A DNA stretch of 60,540 bases, counting the filler, from Nemertoderma westbladi (Eukaryota; Animalia; Xenacoelomorpha), in assembly GCA_032718475.1 (NCBI GenBank). It is 3 parts of 3 records of this genome, joined end to end, with 100 filler letters (N's around TTAATTAATTAA, not from the genome) between each part and the next. Parts side by side here need not be neighbours in the genome. Positions count along the whole stretch, not along the records: positions 1 to 18,778 come from JAUCBJ010005311.1; positions 18,879 to 37,549 come from JAUCBJ010003595.1; 1 more part is not named here. One strand, given 5' to 3'. The position numbers and the translations under genes were made by a program. Of the stretch, positions 10,750 through 24,029 are shown piece after piece (the stretch's first letter is position 1; every line of letters begins with the position of its first letter). The notes below the pieces were generated by a model that made no database searches, was not told the DNA's origin, and saw nothing but the letters and a program-made list of their open reading frames with translations.

Positions 10750-13700
10750 GTGAGTACCAGAGAAAGCAATATGATTTACTGTTCAGAGTGAGTACCACAG
10801 AATGCAATTTGATTTACTGTTCAGAGTGAGTACCTCAGAATGCAAGATGATGTACTGTTCAGAGTGAGTACCAGAGAAAGCAATATGATTTACTGTTCAG
10901 AGTGATTACCAGCGAAAGCAATATGATTTACTGTTCAGAGTGAGTACCACAGAAAGCTAGATGATTCAGAGTGAGTACCAGAGAAAGCAATATGATTTAC
11001 TGTTCAGAGTGATTACCAGAGAAAGCAATATGATTTACTGTTCAGAGTGAGTACCACAGAAAGCAATATGATTTACTGTTCAGAGTGAGTACCAGAGAAA
11101 GCAATATGATTTACTGTTCAGAGTGAGTACCACAGAATGCAATTTGATTTACTGTTCAGAGTGGGTACCACAGAAAGCAATATGATTTACTGTTCAGAGT
11201 GAGTACCTCAGAATGCAAGATGATGTACTGCTCAGAGTGAGTACCAGAGAAAGCAATATGATTTACTGTTCAGAGTGATTACCAGAGAAAGCAATATGAT
11301 TTACTGTTCAGAGTGAGTACCACAGAAAGCAAGATGATGTACTGTTCAGAGTGAGTACCAGAGAAAGCAATATGATTTACTGTTCAGAGTGATTACCAGA
11401 GAAAGCAATATGATTTACTGTTCAGAGTGAGTACCACAGAAAGCAATATGATTTACTGTTCAGAGTGAGTACCAGAGAAAGCAATATGATTTACTGTTCA
11501 GAGTGAGTACCACAGAATGCAATTTGATTTACTGTTCAGAGTGAGTACCTCAGAATGCAAGATGATGTACTGTTCAGAGTGAGTACCAGAGAAAGCAATA
11601 TGATTTACTGTTCAGAGTGATTACCAGAGAAAGCAATATGATTTACTGTTCAGAGTGAGTACCACAGAAAGCAATATGATTTACTGTTCAGAGTGAGTAC
11701 CAGAGAAAGCAATATGATTTACTGTTCAGAGTGAGTACCACAGAAAGCAATATGATTTACTGTTTTGAGTGAGTACCACAGAAACCAATATTATATACTG
11801 TTCAGTGTGAGTGTCATAGAAGGCAATATGGTTTACTGTTTAGAGTGAGTACCACAGAAACCAATATTATATACTGTTCAGTGTGAGTGTCATAGAAGGC
11901 AATATGGTTTACTGTTTAGAGTGAGTACCACAGAAACCAATATTCTATACTGTTCAGTGTGAGTGTCATAGAAGGCAATATGGTTTACTGTTTAGAGTGA
12001 GTACCACAGAAACCAATATTATATACTGTTCAGTGTGAGTGTCATAGAAGGCAATATGGTTTACTGTTCAGAGTTAGTACCACAGAAAGAAATATGATTT
12101 ACTGTTTAGAGTGAGTACCACAGAAACCAATATTATATACTGTTCAGTGTGAGTGTCATAGAAGGCAATATGGTTTACTGTTTAGAGTGAGTACCACAGA
12201 AACCAATATTATATACTGTTCAGTGTGAGTGTCATAGAAGGCAATATGGTTTACTGTTCAGAGTTAGTACCACAGAAAGAAATATGATTTACTGTTTAGA
12301 GTGAGTACCACAGAAACCAATATTATATACTGTTCAGTGTGAGTGTCATAGAAGGCAATATGGTTTACTGTTTAGAGTGAGTACCAGAGAAAGCAATATG
12401 ATTTACTGTTCAGAGTGAGTACCACAGAAACCAATATTATATACTGTTCAGTGTGAGTGTCATAGAAGGCAATATGGTTTACTGTTTAGAGTGAGTACCA
12501 CAGAAACCAATATTATATACTGTTCAGTGTGAGTGTCATAGAAGGCAATATGGTTTACTGTTTAGAGTGAGTACCACAGAAACCAATATTCTATACTGTT
12601 CAGTGTGAGTGTCATAGAAGGCAATATGGTTTACTGTTTAGAGTGAGTACCACAGAAACCAATATTATATACTGTTCAGTGTGAGTGTCATAGAAGGCAA
12701 TATGGTTTACTGTTCAGAGTTAGTACCACAGAAAGAAATATGATTTACTGTTTAGAGTGAGTACCACAGAAACCAATATTATATACTGTTCAGTGTGAGT
12801 GTCATAGAAGGCAATATGGTTTACTGTTTAGAGTGAGTACCACAGAAACCAATATTATATACTGTTCAGTGTGAGTGTCATAGAAGGCAATATGGTTTAC
12901 TGTTCAGAGTTAGTACCACAGAAAGAAATATGATTTACTGTTTAGAGTGAGTACCACAGAAACCAATATTATATACTGTTCAGTGTGAGTGTCATAGAAG
13001 GCAATATGGTTTACTGTTCAGAGTTAGTACCACAGAAAGAAATATGATTTACTGTTTAGAGTGAGTACCACAGAAACCAATATTCTATACTGTTCAGTGT
13101 GAGTGTCATAGAAGGCAATATGGTTTACTGTTCAGAGTGAGTACCACAGAAAGAAATATGATTTACTGTTTAGAGTGAGTACCACAGAAACCAATATTAT
13201 ATACTGTTCAGTGTGAGTGTCATAGAAGGCAATATGGTTTACTGTTCAGAGTTAGTACCACAGAAAGAAATATGATTTACTGTTTAGAGTGAGTACCACA
13301 GAAACCAATATTATATACTGTTCAGTGTGAGTGTCATAGAAGGCAATATGGTTTACTGTTTAGAGTGAGTACCACAGAAAGAAATATGATTTACTGTTTA
13401 GAGTGAGTACCACAGAAAGCAATATGATTTACTGTTCAGAGTGAGTACCACAGAAACCAATATTATATACTGTTCAGTGTGAGTGTCATAGAAGGCAATA
13501 TGGTTTACTGTTTAGAGTGAGTACCACAGAAACCAATATTATATACTGTTCAGTGTGAGTGTCATAGAAGGCAATATGGTTTACTGTTTAGAGTGAGTAC
13601 CACAGAAAGAAATATGATTTACTGTTTAGAGTGAGTACCACAGAAACCAATATTATATACTGTTCAGTGTGAGTGTCATAGAAGGCAATATGGTTTACTG

Positions 13701-16700
13701 TTTAGAGTGAGTACCACAGAAAGAAATATGATTTACTGTTTAGAGTGAGTACCACAGAAACCAATATTATATACTGTTCAGTGTGAGTGTCATAGAAGGC
13801 AATATGGTTTACTGTTTAGAGTGAGTACCACAGAAAGAAATATGATTTACTGTTTAGAGTGAGTACCACAGAAACCAATATTATATACTGTTCAGTGTGA
13901 GTGTCATAGAAGGCAATATGGTTTACTGTTCAGAGTGAGTACCACAGAAAGAAATATGATTTACTGTTTAGAGTGAGTACCACAGAAACCAATATTATAT
14001 ACTGTTCAGTGTGAGTGTCATAGAAGGCAATATGGTTTACTGTTCAGAGTGAGTACCACAGAAAGAAATATGATTTACTGTTTAGAGTGAGTACCACAGA
14101 AACCAATATTATATACTGTTCAGTGTGAGTGTCATAGAAGGCAATATGGTTTACTGTTCAGAGTGAGTACCACAGAAAGAAATATGATTTACTGTTTAGA
14201 GTGAGTACCACAGAAACCAATATTATATACTGTTCAGTGTGAGTGTCATAGAAGGCAATATGGTTTACTGTTTAGAGTGAGTACCACAGAAAGAAATATG
14301 ATTTACTGTTTAGAGTGAGTACCACAGAAACCAATATTATATACTGTTCAGTGTGAGTGTCATAGAAGGCAATATGGTTTACTGTTCAGAGTGAGTACCA
14401 CAGAAAGAAATATGATTTACTGTTTAGAGTGAGTACCACAGAAACCAATATTATATACTGTTCAGTGTGAGTGTCATAGAAGGCAATATGGTTTACTGTT
14501 CAGAGTGAGTACCACAGAAAGAAATATGATTTACTGTTTAGAGTGAGTACCACAGAAACCAATATTATATACTGTTCAGTGTGAGTGTCATAGAAGGCAA
14601 TATGGTTTACTGTTCAGAGTGAGTACCACAGAAAGAAATATGATTTACTGTTTAGAGTGAGTACCACAGAAACCAATATTATATACTGTTCAGTGTGAGT
14701 GTCATAGAAGGCAATATGGTTTACTGTTTAGAGTGAGTACCACAGAAAGAAATATGATTTACTGTTTAGAGTGAGTACCACAGAAACCAATATTATATAC
14801 TGTTCAGTGTGAGTGTCATAGAAGGCAATATGGTTTACTGTTCAGAGTGAGTACCACAGAAAGAAATATGATTTACTGTTTAGAGTGAGTACCACAGAAA
14901 CCAATATTATATACTGTTCAGTGTGAGTGTCATAGAAGGCAATATGGTTTACTGTTTAGAGTGAGTACCACAGAAAGAAATATGATTTACTGTTTAGAGT
15001 GAGTACCACAGAAACCAATATTATATACTGTTCAGTGTGAGTGTCATAGAAGGCAATATGGTTTACTGTTCAGAGTGAGTACCACAGAAAGAAATATGAT
15101 TTACTGTTTAGAGTGAGTACCACAGAAACCAATATTATATACTGTTCAGTGTGAGTGTCATAGAAGGCAATATGGTTTACTGTTCAGAGTTAGTACCAGA
15201 GAAAGCAATATGATTTACTGTTTAGAGTGAGTACCACAGAAACCAATATTATATACTGTTCAGTGTGAGTGTCATAGAAGGCAATATGGTTTACTGTTCA
15301 GAGTGAGTACCACAGAAAGAAATATGATTTACTGTTTAGAGTGAGTACCACAGAAACCAATATTATATACTGTTCAGTGTGAGTGTCATAGAAGGCAATA
15401 TGGTTTACTGTTTAGAGTTAGTACCACAGAAAGAAATATGATTTACTGTTTAGAGTGAGTACCACAGAAACCAATATTATATACTGTTCAGTGTGAGTGT
15501 CATAGAAGGCAATATGGTTTACTGTTTAGAGTGAGTACCACAGAAACCAATATTATATACTGTTCAGTGTGAGTGTCATAGAAGGCAATATGGTTTACTG
15601 TTTAGAGTGAGTACCAGAGAAAGCAATATGATTTACTGTTTAGAGTGAGTACCACAGAAACCAATATTATATACTGTTCAGTGTGAGTGTCATAGAAGGC
15701 AATATGGTTTACTGTTCAGAGTTAGTACCACAGAAAGAAATATGATTTACTGTTTAGAGTGAGTACCACAGAAACCAATATTATATACTGTTCAGTGTGA
15801 GTGTCATAGAAGGCAATATGGTTTACTGTTCAGAGTTAGTACCACAGAAAGAAATATGATTTACTGTTTAGAGTGAGTACCACAGAAACCAATATTATAT
15901 ACTGTTCAGTGTGAGTGTCATAGAAGGCAATATGGTTTACTGTTTAGAGTGAGTACCACAGAAACCAATATTATATACTGTTCAGTGTGAGTGTCATAGA
16001 AGGCAATATGGTTTACTGTTTAGAGTGAGTACCAGAGAAAGCAATATGATTTACTGTTTAGAGTGAGTACCACAGAAACCAATATTATATACTGTTCAGT
16101 GTGAGTGTCATAGAAGGCAATATGGTTTACTGTTCAGAGTTAGTACCACAGAAAGAAATATGATTTACTGTTTAGAGTGAGTACCACAGAAACCAATATT
16201 ATATACTGTTCAGTGTGAGTGTCATAGAAGGCAATATGGTTTACTGTTCAGAGTTAGTACCACAGAAAGAAATATGGTTTACTGTTTAGAGTTAGTACCA
16301 CAGAAAGAAATATGATTTACTGTTTAGAGTGAGTACCACAGAAACCAATATTATATACTGTTCAGTGTGAGTGTCATAGAAGGCAATATGGTTTACTGTT
16401 TAGAGTGAGTACCACAGAAACCAATATTATATACTGTTCAGTGTGAGTGTCATAGAAGGCAATATGGTTTACTGTTCAGAGTTAGTACCACAGAAAGAAA
16501 TATGATTTACTGTTTAGAGTGAGTACCACAGAAACCAATATTATATACTGTTCAGTGTGAGTGTCATAGAAGGCAATATGGTTTACTGTTTAGAGTTAGT
16601 ACCACAGAAAGAAATATGATTTACTGTTTAGAGTGAGTACCACAGAAACCAATATTATATACTGTTCAGTGTGAGTGTCATAGAAGGCAATATGGTTTAC

Positions 16701-16850
16701 TGTTTAGAGTGAGTACCACAGAAACCAATATTATATACTGTTCAGTGTGAGTGTCATAGAAGGCAATATGGTTTACTGTTCAGAGTTAGTACCACAGAAA
16801 GAAATATGATTTACTGGTTAGAGTGATTACCACAAAAAGTAATATTATTT
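10720..16850 (+). repeat. 38-bp tandem satellite (~160 units) with 76- and 114-bp higher-order repeats, derived from the exon end plus splice donor
   Basis: Monomer ca(g/c/t)agaaagcaatatgatttactgttcagagtgagtac. The first unit overlaps the coding exon, and the array decays towards ~16950. Confidence 0.97.
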
Positions 16851-17152
16851 AATGTTCAGTGTAGTGCAATAGAAAGCAGTGTCATTTAAATTTCACAGTG
16901 AACACTATGATAAGAAATATGGTTAACTATTCAGTGTGAATACCAAAGAGATCAAAGTTGGTGGTAAAAACCTGTGCGACAACAAATGAAATAATGTTCA
17001 TAGTGAACATTTTGTAAAGCAATGGATGATTAATTTTTCAACATTATAAAAGTAATATAACCAACAACAGTAAAACAGTAAATAACAAAAGGAATCACAA
17101 GATGAATACGTTGTATAACAAAACAATCAAAACTTTCGTGTTATCGCTTTAG

Positions 17153-17282
17153 ATTTGATGACATTTCCCGTTTACCGTTTATACCAAAAGAAAAGATTCG
17201 TCTGGATAAATTCCTCGGTGCCGGTGCCTTTGGTGAGGTCTATGAAGGAGTGGTGCAACCTATTAGTGGTGTTTATGATCAG
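17153..17282 (+). CDS. ROS1: ROS1/Sevenless-like RTK, kinase exon (Gly-rich loop)
   Basis: FDDISRLPFIPKEKIRLDKFLGAGAFGEVYEG; tttag acceptor and gttagt donor. Confidence 0.92.
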
Positions 17283-17417
17283 GTTAGTCGGTGCTATGAG
17301 GGAATGGCACAACCGGTGGATTTATAAATGAGGTTTAAAGAACTGATAGATGGCGGGAAAATTTATGAGATTTAATTCTATCGATAACGGAGTTTGTAAT
17401 GTCTATTTGATTCGCAG

Positions 17418-17614
17418 GAACTTCCAGTGGCGGTGAAGACGTTGCGTAAAAGCGCCACTGAGGTTGAACGACGGGGATTCCTTAAGGAGGCCGTTCTCAT
17501 GAGTAACTTCAGACACCCTCATATACTAGCCTTGCATGGGGTGTGCAACGAATCCGATCCGGTTTGCATTGTTCTAGAATTAATGGAAGGTGGAGATTTA
17601 CTTTCCTACCTCAG
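17418..17614 (+). CDS. ROS1: ROS1/Sevenless-like RTK, kinase exon (VAVK lysine, helix C, hinge)
   Basis: VAVKTLRK...FLKEAVLMSNFRHPHIL...LELMEGGDLLSYLR closely follows the ROS1 kinase sequence. Confidence 0.95.
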
Positions 17615-17756
17615 GTGAGGGATCAGTAACAGTATGACGTAGTGTAGAGAGACAGCTGTCTGTATCTCAATAGGCATTGAGCGACACAAGTACAGTAATT
17701 AATTCAAGGTGTTGGAATCGTATTCTTATATATTTACTTTGTGTGTTTTTTTGCAG

Positions 17757-17876
17757 GAATTCCAGACAACCCGACCACTTCAACCCAACTATACTGACTA
17801 CTATCGATTTACTACAGATATGCACCGATGTTTCGAAGGGCTGTGTTTATCTTGAGGAAATGCATTTCGTTCACAG
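17757..17876 (+). CDS. ROS1: ROS1/Sevenless-like RTK, kinase exon up to the catalytic-loop HR; remainder beyond the contig end
   Basis: DLLQICTDVSKGCVYLEEMHFVHR; tgcag acceptor and phase-2 donor. Confidence 0.93.
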
Positions 17877-17919
17877 GTATAAATAATTATTATATAGGTC
17901 AAATTTACTTTTTAAAAAT

Positions 17920-18262
17920 AAAATATTAACTATTAGATACTCCTTAAGGTTCAGTAACACTTGTTATTGAGACACCAACATAGTATAAAAAATATTAACT
18001 ATTAGATACTCCTTAAGGTTCAGTAACACTTGTTATTGAGACACCAACATAGTATAAAATATTAACTATTAGATACTCCTTAAGGTTCAGTAACACTTGT
18101 TATTGAGACACCAACATAGTATAAAATATTAACTATTAGATACTCCTTAAGGTTCAGTAACACTTGTTGTTGAGACACCGACATAGTATAAAATACTAAC
18201 TATTAGATACTCCTTAAGGTTCAGTAACACTTGTTGTTGAGACACCAACATAGTATAAAATA
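17920..18262 (+). repeat. 67-bp tandem repeat, 5 copies, intronic
   Basis: Unit aaaatattaactattagatactccttaaggttcagtaacacttgttattgagacaccaacatagtat. Confidence 0.95.
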
Positions 18263-18404
18263 TCGCAGCATAAAGCAAGAATATTGTTATTGTTATATTT
18301 CATCTTTTGTTATAATTATTTTCGTTATACATTGAGGGTCACCAGTTCCTCTCCGTTTTCCAATGCGTTTTGGTTTAATATTTCATTCGTTAAAATTTTT
18401 TAGG

Positions 18405-18778
18405 AATTAAGGTAACTGCCAACCTATACTGGCTTTTGTGGACTTCAGGAATGCATTCGACTCAATCCATAGAGGTAAAATGCTGGAGGTATGCTGAAAT
18501 ACCATAGGTAATTATGGCTGGCATTGGATTGTTATATTGTGACACAGGAGCTCAGGTACTCTCACCGGATGGTGAAACTGGGTTCTTCTCAATCCTGGCT
18601 GGCGTTCTGCAAGGTGACGGCACATTGGCTCCATTGCTATTGTCCATTGTACTGGATTTCGCAATGAGGAAGGCCACAAAGGGTGAGGATCTGGGATTCA
18701 CACTTCAAGAACGCAGAAGTAGTAGATATCCGGCAACTACAGTCACAGACACCGACTTTGCGGATGATATCGCCCTGG
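18405..18778 (+). mobile_element. RTE/Proto2-like LINE RT fragment (second family), cut by the gap
   Basis: FVDFRNAFDSIHRGKM, GVLQGD and TDTDFADDIAL. Confidence 0.85.
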
Positions 18779-18878
18779 NNNNNNNNNNNNNNNNNNNNNN
18801 NNNNNNNNNNNNNNNNNNNNNNTTAATTAATTAANNNNNNNNNNNNNNNNNNNNNNNNNNNNNNNNNNNNNNNNNNNN
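18779..18878. other. Assembly gap / artificial contig linker
   Basis: 44 N + TTAATTAATTAA + 44 N. Confidence 0.97.
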
Positions 18879-19069
18879 CATACTGGAAACACTGTACAAT
18901 GTACATAGTAAATGTATTGCGTGGAGATATGGTAGTGCGAAATTAATTTTTTTTACTGGAAACGAGTTTTATAAATATAGATAAAAAAAAGGATAAATTA
19001 GTTGTAGATAAAATAGTTGTTGATAAAAAAAAACGTCAGAAATAACTTATTGTCACTACTGTAATTTAG

Positions 19070-19810
19070 ATAGATTTATTTATACATTATGTAAAAACAA
19101 TAAAAAATACACCAAACAATGTACCGGTATAAAGGTATTGTCCAACATAACATATCGGATTACCCCTAAAGCTTTGCAGCTTATTTCCAAGGGGGTCCTT
19201 TATGTTACTTGGTTACAAATACAATATTACACTACGCTAACCTAAAACCAATATAAAACGTAATTACACTGTGTACATGTACAACTTTACCGAGAGCGTG
19301 ACAATGTCCGACTCAACGATAAAGATGTAATGTACAGAACAATTTATTATAAAACGTAATTACAGTATAAATAGTAAATAATTAATAAACTAATAACTTA
19401 CTGTAGGACTATTGTACCTATTTTTACATTGCACACGGAGGTGAGATTTAACTGCAGATTTAAAAGAATGTTGATTATTTAGGTTTTTAATTTCATTAGG
19501 CAGAGCGTTCCAATTTTTAATGCCGTTAAAAAAGAAAGTATCAGATTCGAAGGATTTACAATTCGGGAGGTAGAAGTTTGAAGCACTAGCTCTGGTACTG
19601 TAAGAGTGTGTATCGCGTACTCTGTAGAATTTTTGTTTTAGGTAATTGGGACATTTACCATTATACACTTTATGCACATGGTTAAGGCGTAGCTGCTTAA
19701 CTCTACTATCTAAGTTAAGTAGTCCAGATTCAGAAAAGTCATCTGGAGTTAGGTGGTGCCTAGGTTTGTAGTCTTTAATAAATCGTACTACTTTATTCTG
19801 AGCTACTTGT
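19070..19810 (-). mobile_element. 3' end of an L2/CR1-group (Crack/Daphne-like) LINE
   Basis: HKVYNGKCPNYL...HSYSTRAS...FFFNGIKNWNALPNEIK...FKSAVKSHL is the typical CR1/L2-group ORF2 C-terminus, followed by an AT-rich 3' UTR. Confidence 0.8.
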
Positions 19811-21112
19811 TATTTACATTTAAGAAATTAACATTTTAGAAATGTTCGACTGCAGTTACTCAGTCTGCCTTTATATGGTAAAGTGATCTGCTTAGATTTT
19901 ACTTTCTAATTCTTTCGAGTTGGCACTTATCATAAGTTTATATCACGTGCTGCGCGAAGGCCCCACTTGATGTTGTTATTATATATAATATTTTACAGTG
20001 TTGTAAATAGCTTTGTGATATATTTTGTGTTTATGTTACATATGAATACTCTAATATTTGTTAGAATATGTAATATCGTGCTGATTCTTCCACTAATATG
20101 ACTAATATTCTTTTTAAATTAATATAATTTTTCGGTACTCATATTTTAATTGAATATCATATGTTAAAAGTTGATTTAACACAAAGATTAACAATTAACA
20201 TATTTAATCATATTTTTGGAACAGTTAATTTTAACTGCTGATATTATACTTATTTATGCACTATAAAGTGAAGTCATGAAAAATATGTAATGCAGAAAAA
20301 CAAATTGATATGTGTATTAATAAAGCATCATTAAATTGTTATTTAATTATTTCTTTATGTTATAAATGCGATTTCATTTATCATTATGATAAATGCGAAG
20401 AAATATATTTTTAATTGTATTATTTGTGCTGTTGCTGTTCAATTGTAATTTATTAACCAATATGTTTATGTTTAATTATAAATATAATTAGTTAGGCCTA
20501 GGGTCTAATTCATTATTATTAGATATCATAAATAACATTAACTAATAATAAGAGACAGGGGGAAAACTGGACGCAAATCCCATCTTGGCGAATTAATACC
20601 CCGCCTCAATTTTAAATTCTCAATTTTGGGAAAGGAGCAAAGAAAAGGAGTATGTCCGGGCTATATTTTGGGAATCAAATATTTTGTAATAGGCAAATGG
20701 TAGTGGTTACAAAATCGGTTCTAGAAGATCCAAATGGCCACGTTTTACAAAACCAACGATAGTAGTCCTAAAGCTGCTGAACATTTTGGTATATGTTTGA
20801 TGGCAATTGAGTAAAAAATAAAATAGTAGTAGGGAATTTAGTGATGAAAAAATTCAAAGACAAACTGATAAAAAGGTTGTTTTATACAGAGTCATAATCA
20901 GCAATATTATGTTGTTGAAAAGAGCAGTTTTGAGGTAAAAAAATAATTAATTAATAATAGTTGTAGTTGGCCATCCTAAGGCTGACTGGCCCCTGTAGGT
21001 ATTTAGTAATTTTGATTGGATCGTGGGAATGTGTTATTTATTGGCTTAGGGTAGATTTCGCAGGGTACTTATCTTTACAGGACTTTATGAGAAATATAAC
21101 AGTGATAACATT

Positions 21113-23090
21113 GTTTTACATCCCGGTCGCGGGGTCACGCTGAGTCCCAAAGGGGTTATGATTTGTTTTACTTCCTTGGCGCGGGACCACGTGTAGTCCC
21201 AAAGGGGGTCTGCTTTGTTTTACATCGCGCGCGGACGCGGGGCCACGCTGAGTCCCACAGGGGTCCTGCTTTGTTTTACATCCCGGGCGCGGGGACACGT
21301 GTAGTCCCAAAGGGGGTCTGCTTTGTTTTACATCGCGCGCGGACGCGGGGCCACGCTGAGTCCCAAAGGGGTCCTGCTTTGTTTTACATCCCGGGCGCAG
21401 GGCCACGCGTAGTCCCAAGGGGGGTCTGCTTTGTTTTAAATCCCGGGCGCGGGGCCACGCTGAGTCCCAAAGGGGTTATGCTTTGTTTAACATCGCGTGC
21501 GCGGGGCCACGCTGAGTCCCAAAGGGGGTCTGCTTTGTTTTAAATCCCGGGCGCGGGGCCACGCTGAGTCCCAAAGGGGTTCTGCTTTGTTTAACATCGC
21601 GTGCGCGGGGCCACGCTGAGTCCCAAAGGGGGTCTGCTTTGTTTTAAATCCCGGGCGCGGGGCCACGCTGAGTCCCAAAGGGGTTATGCTTTGTTTAACA
21701 TCGCGTGCGCGGGGCCACGCTGAGTCCCAAAGGGGGTCTGCTTTGTTTTAAATCCCGGGCGCGGGGCCACGCTGAGTCCCAAAGGGGTTATGCTTTGTTT
21801 AACATCGCGTGCGCGGGGCCACGCTGAGTCCCAAAGGGGGTCTGCTTTGTTTTAAATCCCGGGCGCGGGGCCACGCTGAGTCCCAAAGGGGTTATGCTTT
21901 GTTTTAAATCCCGGGCGCGGGGCCACGCTGAGTCCCAAAGGGGTTATGCTTTGTTTAACATCGCGTGCGCGGGGCCACGCTGAGTCCCAAAGGGGGTCTG
22001 CTTTGTTTTAAATCCCGGGCGCGGGGCCACGCTGAGTCCCAAAGGGGTTCTGCTTTGTTTAACATCGCGTGCGCGGGGCCACGCTGAGTCCCAAAGGGGG
22101 TCTGCTTTGTTTTAAATCCCGGGCGCGGGGCCACGCTGAGTCCCAAAGGGGTTATGCTTTGTTTAACATCCCGGGCGCGGGGCCACGCTGAGTCCCAAAG
22201 GGGGTCTGCTTTGTTTTAAATCCCGGGCGCGGGGCCACGCTGAGTCCCAAAGGGGTTATGCTTTGTTTAACATCCCGGGCGCGGGGCCACGCTGAGTCCC
22301 AAAGGGGTTCTGCTTTGTTTAACATCCCGGGCGCGGGGCCACGCTGAGTCCCAAAGGGGTTCTGCTTTGTTTAACATCCCGGGCGCGGGGCCACGCTGAG
22401 TCCCAAAGGGGTTATGCTTTGTTTAACATCCCGGGCGCGGGGCCACGCTGAGTCCCAAAGGGGTTATGCTTTGTTTTACATCCCGGGCGCAGGGCCACGC
22501 GTAGTCCCAAGGGGGGTCTGCTTTGTTTTAAATCCCGGGCGCGGGGCCACGCTGAGTCCCAAAGGGGTTATGCTTTGTTTAACATCCCGGGCGCGGGGCC
22601 ACGCTGAGTCCCAAAGGGGTTATGCTTTGTTTTACATCCCGGGCGCAGGGCCACGCGTAGTCCCAAGGGGGGTCTGCTTTGTTTTAAATCCCGGGCGCGG
22701 GGCCACGCTGAGTCCCAAAGGGGTTATGCTTTGTTTAACATCCCGGGCGCGGGGCCACGCTGAGTCCCAAAGGGGTTATGCTTTGTTTTACATCCCGGGC
22801 GCAGGGCCACGCGTAGTCCCAAGGGGGGTCTGCTTTGTTTTACATCCCGGGCGCAGGGCCACGCGTAGTCCCAAGGGGGGTCTGCTTTGTTTTAAATCCC
22901 GGGCGCGGGGCCACGCTGAGTCCCAAAGGGGTTATGCTTTGTTTAACATCCCGGGCGCGGGGCCACGCTGAGTCCCAAAGGGGTTCTGCTTTGTTTAACA
23001 TCCCGGGCGCGGGGCCACGCTGAGTCCCAAAGGGGTTCTGCTTTGTTTAACATCCCGGGCGCGGGGCCACGCTGAGTCCCAAAGGGGTTC
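21113..23090 (+). repeat. GC-rich 52-bp minisatellite (~38 units), outer part of the left foldback arm
   Basis: Unit ttaacatcccgggcgcggggccacgctgagtcccaaaggggttatgctttgt. Confidence 0.95.
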
Positions 23091-24029
23091 ATCACTTGGA
23101 TCCTATCTGTGACGCTCAACCTATTAATTAATAGTATTCCATACATAAACACAATTAATCCATCCCTATTTAACTTGAAAGCAGTAAATCTATCCCTCAG
23201 AGTTCTAATTATTCCTCCGCATCTTGTACAGATAATACTATTATTTTATATTATATAAGTGCGTTTTTGATTAATATTCATATTACAGTACTATGTTACA
23301 TTGTGTATCTTATATTACCTATAGCAGATATGTGCCTTAATATTCACCTTGAACGGATAACAAATAACAAAATAAGAAAGGGTTTTTACTTTCAGACATT
23401 TCGACCTCTATCAGCAGACTGATGAACTGCAAAACGATTACCTGCCCTACAAAGATACATGATGTTTTGTTTGTAGCCCTGGTATTAATATTTTAAGTAT
23501 GAGTTTGGAGCAAAAATTTGATTTAATTTCTATTAATACAATAAAAGCACGGGTACTTAATAAACCAGTAGATAGAACGAAATTCAAAATCTATAAGAAT
23601 GTATTAATTGTGATTTGTCAGTTTATAATAGTTTTAATAGTTACATGGTCTATTTTACATCTATTTTTTGAGTTACATGGTTTTGCCTTAGGACGACAGT
23701 ATCGATGCAGGAAGCCCACTAATCCCATGATGAGAATACAATGCGACATTCACAGTTAGTTTGCTTTGAGGAAACACAAGCCGACAAAGTCTGTGTGGTA
23801 GAATGTGGTTTCCTGGCTGTGCCGTCCTTAGAGAAAGCAAGTATGGGGTTTCTTGATGGCACTCTTAAATATTAATAAATAAATTAGAGATGAAAGTTTA
23901 AATTTACAAGCTTACTCAATTAATTGCCGGACGAACCCCAATGTAAGTTTTCACAACGAAATACTACAAGCAGTGCTTTATTGGTTTTGGAGTTTTTTTA
24001 CACGAAATTATTATTTGCAATAAGTCGAT

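Noticed and set aside
10720-16850. CRISPR-like array
   Set aside because: Units are contiguous variants of one monomer with no unique spacers, there are no cas genes, and the context is a spliced eukaryotic gene.
18823-18834. TTAATTAATTAA as a biological motif
   Set aside because: It is centred in N runs and identical at both gaps, so it is an artificial linker.
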